Shown: one piece after another, positions 18,002-26,917 of the stretch
Numbering within the stretch: the first letter of the stretch is position 1
How the letters are laid out: each line of letters begins with the position of its first letter
Virus record (IMG/VR): IMGVR_UViG_3300036770_004143
Coordinates: 186,001-250,000 of that record
DNA length: 64,000 nucleotides
Reading direction: 5' to 3' (one strand)
Translations under genes and position numbers: made by a program
Notes under the pieces: model-generated
What the model saw: the letters and a program-made list of their open reading frames with translations, nothing else
The model's database searches: none
Told to the model about the DNA's origin: nothing

Positions 18002-18475
18002 TTACTTTTTATATGTTAATATCAAAATATAATCTTCATAATCCCATGACCTATGAATGTAATAATCACTATCAATTAACTTATAACCAAATTCTAATCC
18101 TAAATTTTTTGCTCTTTTATTCACAAAATCTTTGATAATTTCTTCTTCAGTTTTGCCTTTATATTGTGTTTGCTTTTTAAAGCCCTTCCAACATAAACTA
18201 GAAAACCCCTCATAGTATTTAAAAGTATTATCATTAATATACTGGATATATGTTTGATGTTCATAACCATCATAGTGATCAGGTTCTAACAATAAATCAT
18301 AATCTGGTTCATCAGATAATTCTTCTTTAATATCTTCATCAGAAATATTCTTTAAATACTGGTCTATTAAGTCTCTCCTTAATGCATCAGCAAAAGAACC
18401 TTCTGGTAAACAATTAGTTTGTTCATTTAAATAACCCTTTATTGTAGTCTTAATGGAATCTCTCAAATCATTCAT
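18002..18475 (-). CDS. Hypothetical protein with IKxxIxxYLNE leader
   Basis: N-terminal motif shared across several genes. Confidence 0.65.
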   Translation of the reverse strand: MNDLRDSIKTTIKGYLNEQTNCLPEGSFADALRRDLIDQYLKNISDEDIKEELSDEPDYDLLLEPDHYDGYEHQTYIQYINDNTFKYYEGFSSLCWKGFKKQTQYKGKTEEEIIKDFVNKRAKNLGLEFGYKLIDSDYYIHRSWDYEDYILILTYKK

Positions 18476-18480
18476 GGGTA

Positions 18481-19014
18481 TTATTTTTTGTTACGAAGCA
18501 AAGATAATAAAAATTTATACAATTCTCTACTGTTTGTGATATATTTTAATTCTTCATCATTATATTCATCACCAACCAATCTTCTTTTAATAACAACTAA
18601 CTCATCATCACCTAGGTATAAGAATGTCCCAGTGAAATCATCATCTTTTTTGAGATTCCAGACATAACCCCCACCCCAATCTGCATTATTTGTGAATGGT
18701 TTTTTATCTAAATGATTGCTAATAACTCTCTTTAATTTGGATGTGTTCTGAAAAATATCTTCATCCTCTTCAAATTCATCAAATAATAACTTATTGCCAT
18801 TTACATCAAATGTATTGTTGTCATCACTAAACAACCATTCTTCTAAATCTGGATTAATGTCACCATCACTATATTGTTCTAAATATGTCTTTTCATCAGG
18901 GGTTAGGCTTTCTTTCCCATTCTGACTAACCTTATCTAATATTTTATTAACATTCTCCTCATTCTCATTCACAAAGTCTTTTATAGTGGCTTCTATAAGT
19001 TTTCTTAATTTCAT
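18481..19014 (-). CDS. Hypothetical protein with IxxTIKxFVNE leader
   Basis: Shared N-terminal motif; ILDKVSQNGKESLT..EK.YL motif. Confidence 0.65.
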   Translation of the reverse strand: MKLRKLIEATIKDFVNENEENVNKILDKVSQNGKESLTPDEKTYLEQYSDGDINPDLEEWLFSDDNNTFDVNGNKLLFDEFEEDEDIFQNTSKLKRVISNHLDKKPFTNNADWGGGYVWNLKKDDDFTGTFLYLGDDELVVIKRRLVGDEYNDEELKYITNSRELYKFLLSLLRNKK

Positions 19015-19032
19015 ATTTTATTAATATTTAAT

Positions 19033-19371
19033 CTAATCATTATAAAATTTATTTAAAATTTCATCTTCAACTTTTTCCCAATTATTATTATAATATTGTT
19101 CTGTTTCATCATCCATAAAATAAGTAGGTTCAAATTCGTGTTCTTCGCTCCTACCAGTGCCAAATTGATTTAAAATACCTTCAATTTCAATTAATTTACC
19201 ATCAATAGTAATTTGATAATTGACATAAAATTTATCTGATCCTGTAATTTCAATATCCAAATTTTCTTTTCTTAATGGTTCATTATTTATTAATTTCCAT
19301 TTTAATGGTGCTTTTTGTTTTTCCTTTTCTTCAAGGAATACAAATATTTTTTTAAATTGTTCTTTTTCCAT
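19033..19371 (-). CDS. Chimeric protein: LRR-family N-terminal cap fused to an unrelated C-terminus
   Basis: MEKEQFKKIFVFLEEKE..APLKWKLINNEPL matches the genes at 36.4-47.8 kb; no LRR repeats follow. Confidence 0.7.
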   Translation of the reverse strand: MEKEQFKKIFVFLEEKEKQKAPLKWKLINNEPLRKENLDIEITGSDKFYVNYQITIDGKLIEIEGILNQFGTGRSEEHEFEPTYFMDDETEQYYNNNWEKVEDEILNKFYND

Positions 19372-19407
19372 TATCTAAATATTTTTATTATATAAATATA
19401 ATAATCA

Positions 19408-20325
19408 TTACTTTTTCAAACTTTGGAAAATATGTGCAATCACATCCACTGTCCAACCATTGCCCAACATTTTGTATCTATGTGAATCCAATAAACCAAC
19501 ATTTGTATAGTTATCCGGAACAGTTTGCAACCTCTCACATTCCAAAGGTGTTGGTATTCTCAAATAATCATCAGAAAACTTTATGTTTGTTGATCCTGAA
19601 TTTGATATCCCATGCCCAGATGTTGTCAATGTCTTTGACTTCCTTTCTGGTGGTCTAATATTGCCCCTAGATTTCTTATATGATAATGTCCCCTCTTTCT
19701 TCTTATAGAACCTCTCTGTGATGTTATATTTTTCATCCACCTTATCCTCCATAATATCCTTCAAGCACAATCCTAGGTCATCTGGTTGGCTTATTTGACC
19801 AATATTTGTCCAATATAATCTCTTCCTATCCTGGGCTGAAACAAGGTTTGAATTTATCATCACAGGCTCAACTCCCAATGTGTCACTTATGATTTTTTTC
19901 CAATAATCTTTCATCATAACATTTTCAAGAAGAAAATATTTGGGTTTTAATTCCTTCAATAATCTAACATATTCCCAAAACAAATAGGATTCACCCTCAA
20001 ACTCATATCCTTGCTCTTTTAATTCAAGATATGAATCCAATGATAATATATCCCTCTGATCCTTTGTTGACATACCTTTCATCTTTCCAGCAAATGAAAA
20101 AGATTGACAAGGTGAACCCCCCATTATCAAATCAATTTGGGGTAAATCACTTGCCTTAATCTTTGATACATCTCCCAACTGGATTGTGTTTGGGAAGTTA
20201 TGTTGTGTAACCTTTATTGAATTCTTTTCAATCTCTGATGCAAAATATTTATCATATTCAACACCAACACGATTTAAGGCAATCTGCCCGCAACTCATTC
20301 CATCAAATAAACTTAATACATTCAT
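19408..20325 (-). CDS. dcm: DNA (cytosine-5)-methyltransferase
   Basis: LSLFDG, GGSPCQ, LLENV, QDRKRLYW and RLQT..GNGW motifs. Confidence 0.93.
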   Translation of the reverse strand: MNVLSLFDGMSCGQIALNRVGVEYDKYFASEIEKNSIKVTQHNFPNTIQLGDVSKIKASDLPQIDLIMGGSPCQSFSFAGKMKGMSTKDQRDILSLDSYLELKEQGYEFEGESYLFWEYVRLLKELKPKYFLLENVMMKDYWKKIISDTLGVEPVMINSNLVSAQDRKRLYWTNIGQISQPDDLGLCLKDIMEDKVDEKYNITERFYKKKEGTLSYKKSRGNIRPPERKSKTLTTSGHGISNSGSTNIKFSDDYLRIPTPLECERLQTVPDNYTNVGLLDSHRYKMLGNGWTVDVIAHIFQSLKK

Positions 20326-20339
20326 AGTTGTTTTGTTTG

Positions 20340-20413
20340 TAATCCTGGTTGGATTTGAACCAACGATCCCCTAATTAAAAGTTAGGTGCTTTAAACCACT
20401 AAGCTACAGGATT
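20340..20413 (-). tRNA. tRNA-Lys(TTT)
   Basis: Cloverleaf; anticodon arm cctaa-CTTTTAA-ttagg. Confidence 0.9.
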
Positions 20414-20423
20414 ATTAAAAATT

Positions 20424-20496
20424 GTTACCACAACTGGATTTGAACCAATACTAACAGAATCAAAATCTGTGGTGCTACCTTTACACCATGTGGCAA
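20424..20496 (-). tRNA. tRNA-Gln(TTG)
   Basis: Anticodon arm acaga-TTTTGAT-tctgt; T loop TTCAAAT. Confidence 0.85.
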
Positions 20497-20504
20497 TTTA
20501 AAAA

Positions 20505-20700
20505 GAAATAAGTTTTTTGTCCCCGTTGAACATCATGATCCAGTTTTACCTGGATGGTTGGATTTTCCTAGTTGCTACCAAATTGGCCACAGTAGCCCAT
20601 AGTTATATCAAACTCTCGGTCACTTGCTAATATATCGCGAATCAAGCAAGTTAAACCTTACATATACCCTGGGGTTTCACCAGAGTCATCACTTATTTTC
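20505..20700 (-). ncRNA. Unassigned structured RNA (~195 nt)
   Basis: Terminal stem (gaaaataagt/acttatttc) plus four internal hairpins; no ORF. Confidence 0.55.
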
Positions 20701-20708
20701 ATCTTTTG

Positions 20709-20778
20709 AGGTTAGTGTTAGAATTGTACTAACTCTATGAGATTTGCAGTCTCACTGGTCTCCATGACCAAACTAACC
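20709..20778 (-). tRNA. tRNA-Cys(GCA), atypical T loop
   Basis: gtgaga-CTGCAAA-tctcat; T loop reads TACAATT. Confidence 0.75.
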
Positions 20779-20785
20779 ATAATTG

Positions 20786-20862
20786 GGTGTTTGATGGGAT
20801 TCGAACCCACATTTAATATGAGTCACAATCATACCCCAAAGGCCAATACGGGTTCCAAACAC
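20786..20862 (-). tRNA. tRNA-His(GTG)
   Basis: tatga-TTGTGAC-tcata; T loop TTCGAAT. Confidence 0.85.
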
Positions 20863-20864
20863 AG

Positions 20865-20935
20865 TGGTCTTATAGGGATTTGAACCCCAACTTCAGCATC
20901 CGTAGTGCTGTGTGCTGTCATTACACAATAAGACC
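20865..20935 (-). tRNA. tRNA-Arg(ACG)
   Basis: cagca-CTACGGA-tgctg. Confidence 0.9.
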
Positions 20936-20943
20936 AAAATCAA

Positions 20944-21015
20944 TCAAGCATTCTACTCCCAGCCCCGAGGAATTGTATCTAACTTAGCCCATCTCACCGC
21001 TGTGTGGGTACTTGA
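20944..21015. ncRNA. Small GC-rich structured element
   Basis: Closing stem tcaagca/tacttga with internal ccca/tggg pairing. Confidence 0.4.
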
Positions 21016-21029
21016 CCTTTTGTATTTTC

Positions 21030-21818
21030 CTAATTCAATTCAGGTATTTGTTCTTTTAAATACTTATAAATCTTCCAAGTTTGAATTTTAGGTGAAGAAA
21101 TAAATGGATATAAATTCTTCCAGTCTGTCTTTTTCATCACATCTAAAACTCTTTCTTGGTATGTTTTATTGTTTATAATCACATAATTTTCCTGACAAAA
21201 TGTTCCTATTTCCTTCACTTCTTTTCCAATACTTGCCCCATATGTATTCATAGCAAAATCAAAAGTTTCAGGTTTTTTATATGTTCCACCTCTTCTATAT
21301 TCACCAACAAATACATCATTTAACTTGTAATCTATTGCTTTTTTGTTAATCCCATTTTTAGGCCTTTGGTACACATTAAAACAACATAATAATTCAATAC
21401 CACTATATTTAATTAAAGGCAACACTTCTGAATGGATTAAATCAAACTCATACATTTGTTGATTATTGTTATATTGACTAACAGGTAATATAAAAGCAAT
21501 ATAATCACCCATTTTAGCTGCTTGTTTATAAAAAGCAACACTCAAAGTATTCCTTGTCCCAAATGGGGGGTTTCCAATAAACAACCTACCTTTCTTATAA
21601 GGTAGTTCAAGTTTTAGAAAATCTTGTTTAATAATACTTTTATGTTCAGGCTCTAAATCATAAGCAATGCAATTGGGTATCTGTAAACTAAAACTACCTC
21701 CACCAGCAGCTGGTTCAATTGTTTCAGTTATTTCAAATCCTAGATTATTTACAACATCAATACAATATTTTGCAAGTTCTTTTGGTGTATAATATTTGTC
21801 TAAATTTATTTTTGACAT
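21030..21818 (-). CDS. DNA amino-methyltransferase (N6A/N4C, NPPF type)
   Basis: YYTP, IEPAAGGGSF, DF and IGNPPFG motifs. Confidence 0.85.
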   Translation of the reverse strand: MSKINLDKYYTPKELAKYCIDVVNNLGFEITETIEPAAGGGSFSLQIPNCIAYDLEPEHKSIIKQDFLKLELPYKKGRLFIGNPPFGTRNTLSVAFYKQAAKMGDYIAFILPVSQYNNNQQMYEFDLIHSEVLPLIKYSGIELLCCFNVYQRPKNGINKKAIDYKLNDVFVGEYRRGGTYKKPETFDFAMNTYGASIGKEVKEIGTFCQENYVIINNKTYQERVLDVMKKTDWKNLYPFISSPKIQTWKIYKYLKEQIPELN

Positions 21819-21849
21819 GATTGTTTTTTTTTAAAAGTAAAACAGAAAG

Positions 21850-21975
21850 TGTGGGATTCAAACACCGCACATGATACCGACCATGATACCAACCATGATA
21901 CTTTTATCTTTTGCGTAGGTGGAAGATTCAAACCATACATGATACCATACATGATACCAATTACACCACACCTAC
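21850..21975 (-). repeat. Two degenerate tRNA-like units with CATGATAC repeats
   Basis: Five CATGATAC copies at 21870, 21882, 21894, 21938 and 21950; gtaggtg/cacctac stem; TTTGAAT T-like loops. Confidence 0.55.
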
Positions 21976-21982
21976 TTTAAAA

Positions 21983-22234
21983 TCACTTGGATTTTTTGCC
22001 ATCCAATTCTGTAAGTTTGTTTTCAAACTCTACAAGCCTTCTGTCAAATCTATTCTCAACCTCATCTATGATATTATAAATATCCCTGTGGAAGTTTGAA
22101 TTAGCATGTTGTTTGTCTTTTAATTCATCTGTGATTGCGTTCACTTTGGCTTTAAGATAAATAACACCAGTAAATGACCAAAATAATGTTACGATAATTG
22201 TGGTGACAATTGCACCTAATGCAAATTCTATCAT
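21983..22234 (-). CDS. Membrane-anchored coiled-coil protein
   Basis: Hydrophobic N-terminus. Confidence 0.6.
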   Translation of the reverse strand: MIEFALGAIVTTIIVTLFWSFTGVIYLKAKVNAITDELKDKQHANSNFHRDIYNIIDEVENRFDRRLVEFENKLTELDGKKSK

Positions 22235-22575
22235 AGTTCTGTTTTTAATTTACTTAAATCTTCATTTAATCTTCTAATAAATGATTCCTCACCATCATCA
22301 CCAGATACCAACCAATCAATCCTTTGTGCATAAATATATGCAATCTGTAAATGAGTTATTCCTTTTTTAAATTCTTCAATAACTTCATCTGGATATTTAT
22401 GCCAGAACATATCTTCTGGATACTTATTGAAATAATCATCATCAAAAGCACCCCAAGCACCATCTATAATTTCTTGTTCTGTTTTAACTCTACCATTATT
22501 TGCAATCAAATCTTCAATAGAATCAATCATATTCTTTATCTTAGATTGGTCATAGTCAAAAAATCCTCCAGACAT
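22231..22575 (-). CDS. Conserved phage protein (MSGG.FDY...RIDWLVSGDDGEE)
   Basis: Motif recognition; start moved to MSGGFF. Confidence 0.65.
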   Translation of the reverse strand: MSGGFFDYDQSKIKNMIDSIEDLIANNGRVKTEQEIIDGAWGAFDDDYFNKYPEDMFWHKYPDEVIEEFKKGITHLQIAYIYAQRIDWLVSGDDGEESFIRRLNEDLSKLKTEL

Positions 22576-22745
22576 ATTTGTTGCTTTTTTTTGTTTAGTA
22601 ATTAGGATAGTATTTGAATTAATGCCCCTAGTAATGCAATCACACCAAATATATAAACAATCATTGGGTCTAATGGATAACACCCTTCAACCATTACTTG
22701 ATGTAGTTCTTTTAAAAATCTTTTCATTTTTTTGATTTTAGTTAG

Positions 22746-22828
22746 TGAGGGTAATAGGATTTGAACCTATTCAGACATAATCATTTGATTTACAGTCAAA
22801 CCCAGCTCTCCCACTCTGGCGTACCCCC
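22746..22828 (-). tRNA. tRNA-Tyr(GTA)
   Basis: tttga-CTGTAAA-tcaaa; long variable arm. Confidence 0.9.
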
Positions 22829-22845
22829 TAGTTTAAATTTGTTTG

Positions 22846-22917
22846 AGCCAATAGAGGGATTTGAACCCCCAACCCCATCTTTACAAAAGACGTGTTCTAC
22901 CGTTGAACTATATTGGC
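22846..22917 (-). tRNA. tRNA-Thr(TGT)
   Basis: cgtct-TTTGTAA-agatg. Confidence 0.88.
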
Positions 22918-22921
22918 AATA

Positions 22922-23323
22922 TTACAATTTTATCTCGAACCTTTTCCGCATTTTATCAATTGCCTCGTCTGGCACATTGTGAACATTCTTCCCCCCATGC
23001 CTATTCTCAACAACTATGGAATAAACTCTATACCCATATTTTTCTGCTAACTCATAGTAGGGCTTCATTTCCCACTCTTGGGTGAATGTGTTAGATACAA
23101 CAATTCTATCAACATTATACCCAGAATTATCCACCTCCATCCACTTTCTAACTTCTTCTCTGCACCAAGCATGAGCCTCTTTCAATTTTGATGCATCAAA
23201 TTTATATTCACCATACTGCATAAAGTATCTATCTGCTTCAACCAATGATCCACCCAACTGGGCTGCCAATGTTGATTTACCTGAACCAGGTAGTCCTCTT
23301 AATAAGAAAAGTTCCTTTGCCAT
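22922..23323 (-). CDS. P-loop kinase (AAA_33 / polynucleotide-kinase-like)
   Basis: LLRGLPGSGKST, EADRYF, VVSNTFT and HNVP motifs. Confidence 0.85.
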   Translation of the reverse strand: MAKELFLLRGLPGSGKSTLAAQLGGSLVEADRYFMQYGEYKFDASKLKEAHAWCREEVRKWMEVDNSGYNVDRIVVSNTFTQEWEMKPYYELAEKYGYRVYSIVVENRHGGKNVHNVPDEAIDKMRKRFEIKL

Positions 23324-23337
23324 AATCTTCTTTTTAT

Positions 23338-23835
23338 TTAATAAACATTAAAAGGTAAGTTTGTGTTCAACACAGTATGACCTTCTTTTTTAACTTTTGA
23401 ACAAAAAGTTCTCAACATTTTAATAGCCTCTTCATTCTTTATTAAATCAACCATTGAAAGTCTCTTGCCACTTCCAGCATTAACAAAAGTCTGTATGGTA
23501 TATTTTGTTGTATCTCCATAAAGAATTCCCTTCTTTTCATCTTTCTTTATTGCTTGATTTGTTAACCAATTTTGGAACAAATCATCAACAACCCACTCCA
23601 ATTTATTACCATAACCTTCTATGCCTAGGCTATCACAATATTCTTCCATCTTTTTGAAAGCCTCTTTGGTTTTGGCTTCACCATCCCAAAGGTTGCAATC
23701 AGTACTCCCACCAGTTCCCCTATTTATACAATATCCAATTTTTTTGTTATCAAAAAAAATATCTGCTTGGAATGCATAAGTTTCTTCTGAAAACTTTGCA
23801 GAATATTTCACATTTTTTAACTTAATTCTTTCCAT
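23338..23835 (-). CDS. Hypothetical protein (SEET.AF.A..N.GTGG family)
   Basis: ORF; TATCTTTG motif upstream. Confidence 0.6.
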   Translation of the reverse strand: MERIKLKNVKYSAKFSEETYAFQADIFFDNKKIGYCINRGTGGSTDCNLWDGEAKTKEAFKKMEEYCDSLGIEGYGNKLEWVVDDLFQNWLTNQAIKKDEKKGILYGDTTKYTIQTFVNAGSGKRLSMVDLIKNEEAIKMLRTFCSKVKKEGHTVLNTNLPFNVY

Positions 23836-23918
23836 TGTTCTTTTGGTTTGATTACCTCACAAAGATAAACTAAAGTTTGCAGAAGTCCAAATGTAATGAT
23901 TATTTTTTTTTCAATTAT

Positions 23919-24518
23919 TTAATCTAAACTATTAGGAAAATACAACAAAGTTGGATTACGTTTCTGAATGTCAACCTGGGGATATGATTTCCTAAACATA
24001 TCAACATCAAATCTTTTTGTGATTAAATGATAACCACTTTTAGTTGGGATTACTGCTTCAACCTTATTACCCCCTGGTCTAGTTTCATCAAGTATAGCAA
24101 TAGTCTTTGCTAATTCTTTTTCATCTTTATCATCAATATCAACAATCCATCTATTCTCCATTCTTTTTACCTTCCCAACAACACTCTCAAATAAATTTTT
24201 CTGATTATGTTGTCCATTTTTGATTCTTTCAGCCAAAAGCATCATCATATCCAAGGCCACATCTTTATGGTTCTGTTTTTGAATGTGAATGTAGGTTCTT
24301 GCTTTGAAGAGTTCTGATAACTGCATAATCTCTTCATATTTGCTATCAAGATAATCCAGGCTATCAATACAATACGTTTTAATGGTTCTGGATGACTGGT
24401 GATTATCTCTCTCCTCTTTTGGTTGATCCTTCTTTCTTTTAAGAATATATAACATATAGAAATCACCCTCTTCTGTGAAGTTTAGTAATGGTTTGATTAT
24501 GTCCAGGTTGTTTATCAT
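23919..24518 (-). CDS. Possible AEP/PrimPol-superfamily protein
   Basis: WIVDID (DxD) and TKSGYHL (sGxH) motifs; start moved to MINNLD. Confidence 0.45.
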   Translation of the reverse strand: MINNLDIIKPLLNFTEEGDFYMLYILKRKKDQPKEERDNHQSSRTIKTYCIDSLDYLDSKYEEIMQLSELFKARTYIHIQKQNHKDVALDMMMLLAERIKNGQHNQKNLFESVVGKVKRMENRWIVDIDDKDEKELAKTIAILDETRPGGNKVEAVIPTKSGYHLITKRFDVDMFRKSYPQVDIQKRNPTLLYFPNSLD

Positions 24519-24576
24519 GTTTTTGTTTTTTTGATAAAGCAAAGATAAACCTAAAAACTGGTAAATGCAAATCTAT

Positions 24577-25059
24577 TTAAAACTTTTTCATTTTGTAATG
24601 AATGGCAATGAATTTCTCATGATTTATATCATTTTCATCACATATTTTAATGATTTCTCTTAATTTACCACTAACTTCTGAAACAACTTCACCTAATTTG
24701 TTTACCTCATCAATTAAGTTATCAATCTCTTCTTCTATGCTGGTATAACCCCCCTCTTCCCAATCAACATCATACAATGTTTCATCATCATCTAATGTGA
24801 TATATAGAAAGGCACTAAATTTACCACTATTATGTTCAATTTGAATATAAGATGCCACATCCATTGTATATAACTCAAAAAGAACCACATTTGGTTGTTC
24901 ATTTTCAATAGAAAACTGGATGCCCAGATTTTTTAGGTGTTCACTTACATTTTCAATAAACTCTGCACTATTTGCCATAACTTTACTGTCCTCAACCAAA
25001 TTTGTTGGTCTGGATTGAATAAGTTGTTTTAACCTATCAATATTTTCTTGTAATTTCAT
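24577..25059 (-). CDS. Hypothetical acidic protein with KLQE leader
   Basis: ORF; TATTTAT upstream. Confidence 0.65.
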   Translation of the reverse strand: MKLQENIDRLKQLIQSRPTNLVEDSKVMANSAEFIENVSEHLKNLGIQFSIENEQPNVVLFELYTMDVASYIQIEHNSGKFSAFLYITLDDDETLYDVDWEEGGYTSIEEEIDNLIDEVNKLGEVVSEVSGKLREIIKICDENDINHEKFIAIHYKMKKF

Positions 25060-25086
25060 ATAGTTCTTTTACAATAAATATATCCA

Positions 25087-25323
25087 TTAACTAATTAAAT
25101 CAAATGATACATTATTACTATCCATCAATTCATGTAAGGTTGTCCTAACTTGAACCAAAGCATCATGTACCTCCTGGCTCATTGTGTCTGGTGCATACTT
25201 TGTCTCTGACCTCAAGTGTTGATCCAGTTCATATAAAGTCATCATTATGTCCCTACCTTTTGCAGCCAACATAAATTGCTCCATATCCTCTGGTAGATTA
25301 AATTCCAATATTGCTTTTGCCAT
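25087..25323 (-). CDS. Conserved phage protein (KAILEFNLPED)
   Basis: Motif recognition. Confidence 0.65.
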   Translation of the reverse strand: MAKAILEFNLPEDMEQFMLAAKGRDIMMTLYELDQHLRSETKYAPDTMSQEVHDALVQVRTTLHELMDSNNVSFDLIS

Positions 25324-25328
25324 CTTAT

Positions 25329-25511
25329 TTAGTTTTTAATGAATTTATAAAGTTCAAGTAATAATAACCCAGCTTCAGCCTTGGTTAGAAACATCTTACC
25401 CCTATCATGATTGATATAGGTATGAACAACAAGGATTTCCTCTGAACCATTTGATTTATCAATGGTCACTACTGGTGCTTCAACATAAATTTCATTGGGT
25501 TCTGTAATCAT
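25329..25511 (-). CDS. Hypothetical protein
   Basis: ORF; TATCTTTG upstream. Confidence 0.55.
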   Translation of the reverse strand: MITEPNEIYVEAPVVTIDKSNGSEEILVVHTYINHDRGKMFLTKAEAGLLLLELYKFIKN

Positions 25512-25721
25512 TTTATTCTTGTTTAGACCTCAAAGATAGTAAAATACTTTTAATAATCCCAGGTAGATTTATCTACTTTTTTACCATTCATAATGCAATC
25601 AAACACATAATCCCATTTTTGATTTTTAGTGATATAATCCACTAAAATTTGGCTAAACCCCAAGGAAGTGGATCCGTTTTCTGTTTCTAATTTAATGTCT
25701 AATATTTTCATAATTTTTGTT

Positions 25722-26045
25722 TTAATATAAGTCTTCTGAAAACAATCTGTTGCCCCTAATTTGGGATAAATCAATTACCTGGTTTTCTTGTAATGCAATT
25801 TGAAGCCCCTCTTCACGGCTAACAAACCTATTTTTTGATGTCAAAAACCCTTGTTCATTTTCACCACTTTCAGCATCTCTTAACCCTGTAATAGCATATT
25901 TTGTGTAAATACATTGCCCATGCCTATGGCCACTAAAAACAATACCCCTATCAAGGTTTGCTGGAAGATAAACCTCAATTGGTAATTCCTTTTTAAGTTC
26001 AATGTTTTTATACCAAATAGCAGCACATATTATTTTCTCATTCAT
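25722..26045 (-). CDS. Conserved phage protein (CAAIW..GHRH..QGFLTS.NRFV)
   Basis: Motif recognition. Confidence 0.65.
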   Translation of the reverse strand: MNEKIICAAIWYKNIELKKELPIEVYLPANLDRGIVFSGHRHGQCIYTKYAITGLRDAESGENEQGFLTSKNRFVSREEGLQIALQENQVIDLSQIRGNRLFSEDLY

Positions 26046-26589
26046 GTTTTTGTTTATATTCTTTAATAAAAGTTTCTAAATCTTGTGGTATATCACCGTA
26101 ATTATGTAATTCATATGCAAAGTTTTCAACCCATTCTTCTTCATCACCATATTCTAAATATTCATAACCAAATAAATCATATTCTAATTCACATATTGCA
26201 TGTCCAAGTTCATGAAATATTGTTGTTTCAACTGTCACCCATAATGGTACATTATATTCTTTAGAACCTTCTAAAATATCCTTTTCTGATAAAATAACTA
26301 TTGGTATTGATGAACTTGTACCACTTCTAAATCTACCTAAAGCACCTTCTCCAATATTATTGACAAATATTATTCTAATATCCTTGAATAAATCTATTTT
26401 ATTTTTAAATATTTCAATTGCTTCCCTAGAAAACTTAACTATATCAGAATGTACTTTGGTTATATCTTTAACCCCATAGTCATTAATAATATGGTTATAG
26501 TCATCACTTTCTTTATTTAAAAGAAATTCAATATCCTCATTCAAAAAATCTTGAATTGTGGTTTTAATAATTCTTCTCAAATCTTTCAT
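26038..26589 (-). CDS. Putative zinc metalloprotease-like protein with FLNE leader
   Basis: HELGH (HExxH) followed by EEEWVE. Confidence 0.55.
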   Translation of the reverse strand: MKDLRRIIKTTIQDFLNEDIEFLLNKESDDYNHIINDYGVKDITKVHSDIVKFSREAIEIFKNKIDLFKDIRIIFVNNIGEGALGRFRSGTSSSIPIVILSEKDILEGSKEYNVPLWVTVETTIFHELGHAICELEYDLFGYEYLEYGDEEEWVENFAYELHNYGDIPQDLETFIKEYKQKHE

Positions 26590-26629
26590 ATTTTATTTTA
26601 TATATAAATATTAAGTTTTAAAAGTTTTG

Positions 26630-26715
26630 TGGTCAGGATAGGATTCGAACCTATATTGTTGAATTACCCAGCTTCAACTGCTTAAGTATAGCGTTTACCA
26701 TTCCGCCACCTGACT
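26630..26715 (-). ncRNA. tRNA-like RNA E1 (no canonical anticodon arm)
   Basis: agtcagg/cctgacc acceptor, Leu-type D arm, TTCGAAT T arm. Confidence 0.7.
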
Positions 26716-26719
26716 AATT

Positions 26720-26917
26720 AACACCCTAATTTATCCAACTTACAGATGTTATGGCTGTCCCCCCACAGAAGGGGGTTAGGAATAGTCATTTTGTCCTGAT
26801 GAGGTCGAGGTGACATCCTCTGACGTTCTCCCTATACGTCAATGTACGTGCCCATACAGTAATCACTCTGTTTCTTCATATTGGGCATACTATCTGGTGA
26901 TTAACCAGAACGTATCT
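26720..26917 (-). ncRNA. Unassigned structured RNA downstream of the HNH gene
   Basis: Five short hairpins; GC-rich; no ORF. Confidence 0.5.

Noticed and set aside
25550-25774. 74-aa ORF as listed in the track
   Set aside because: Its 5' part overlaps the upstream gene. A shorter gene from MKILDI is possible but has no supporting motif.
26795-26830. Hammerhead ribozyme at CTGATGA on the plus strand
   Set aside because: No GAAA core follows the putative stem II
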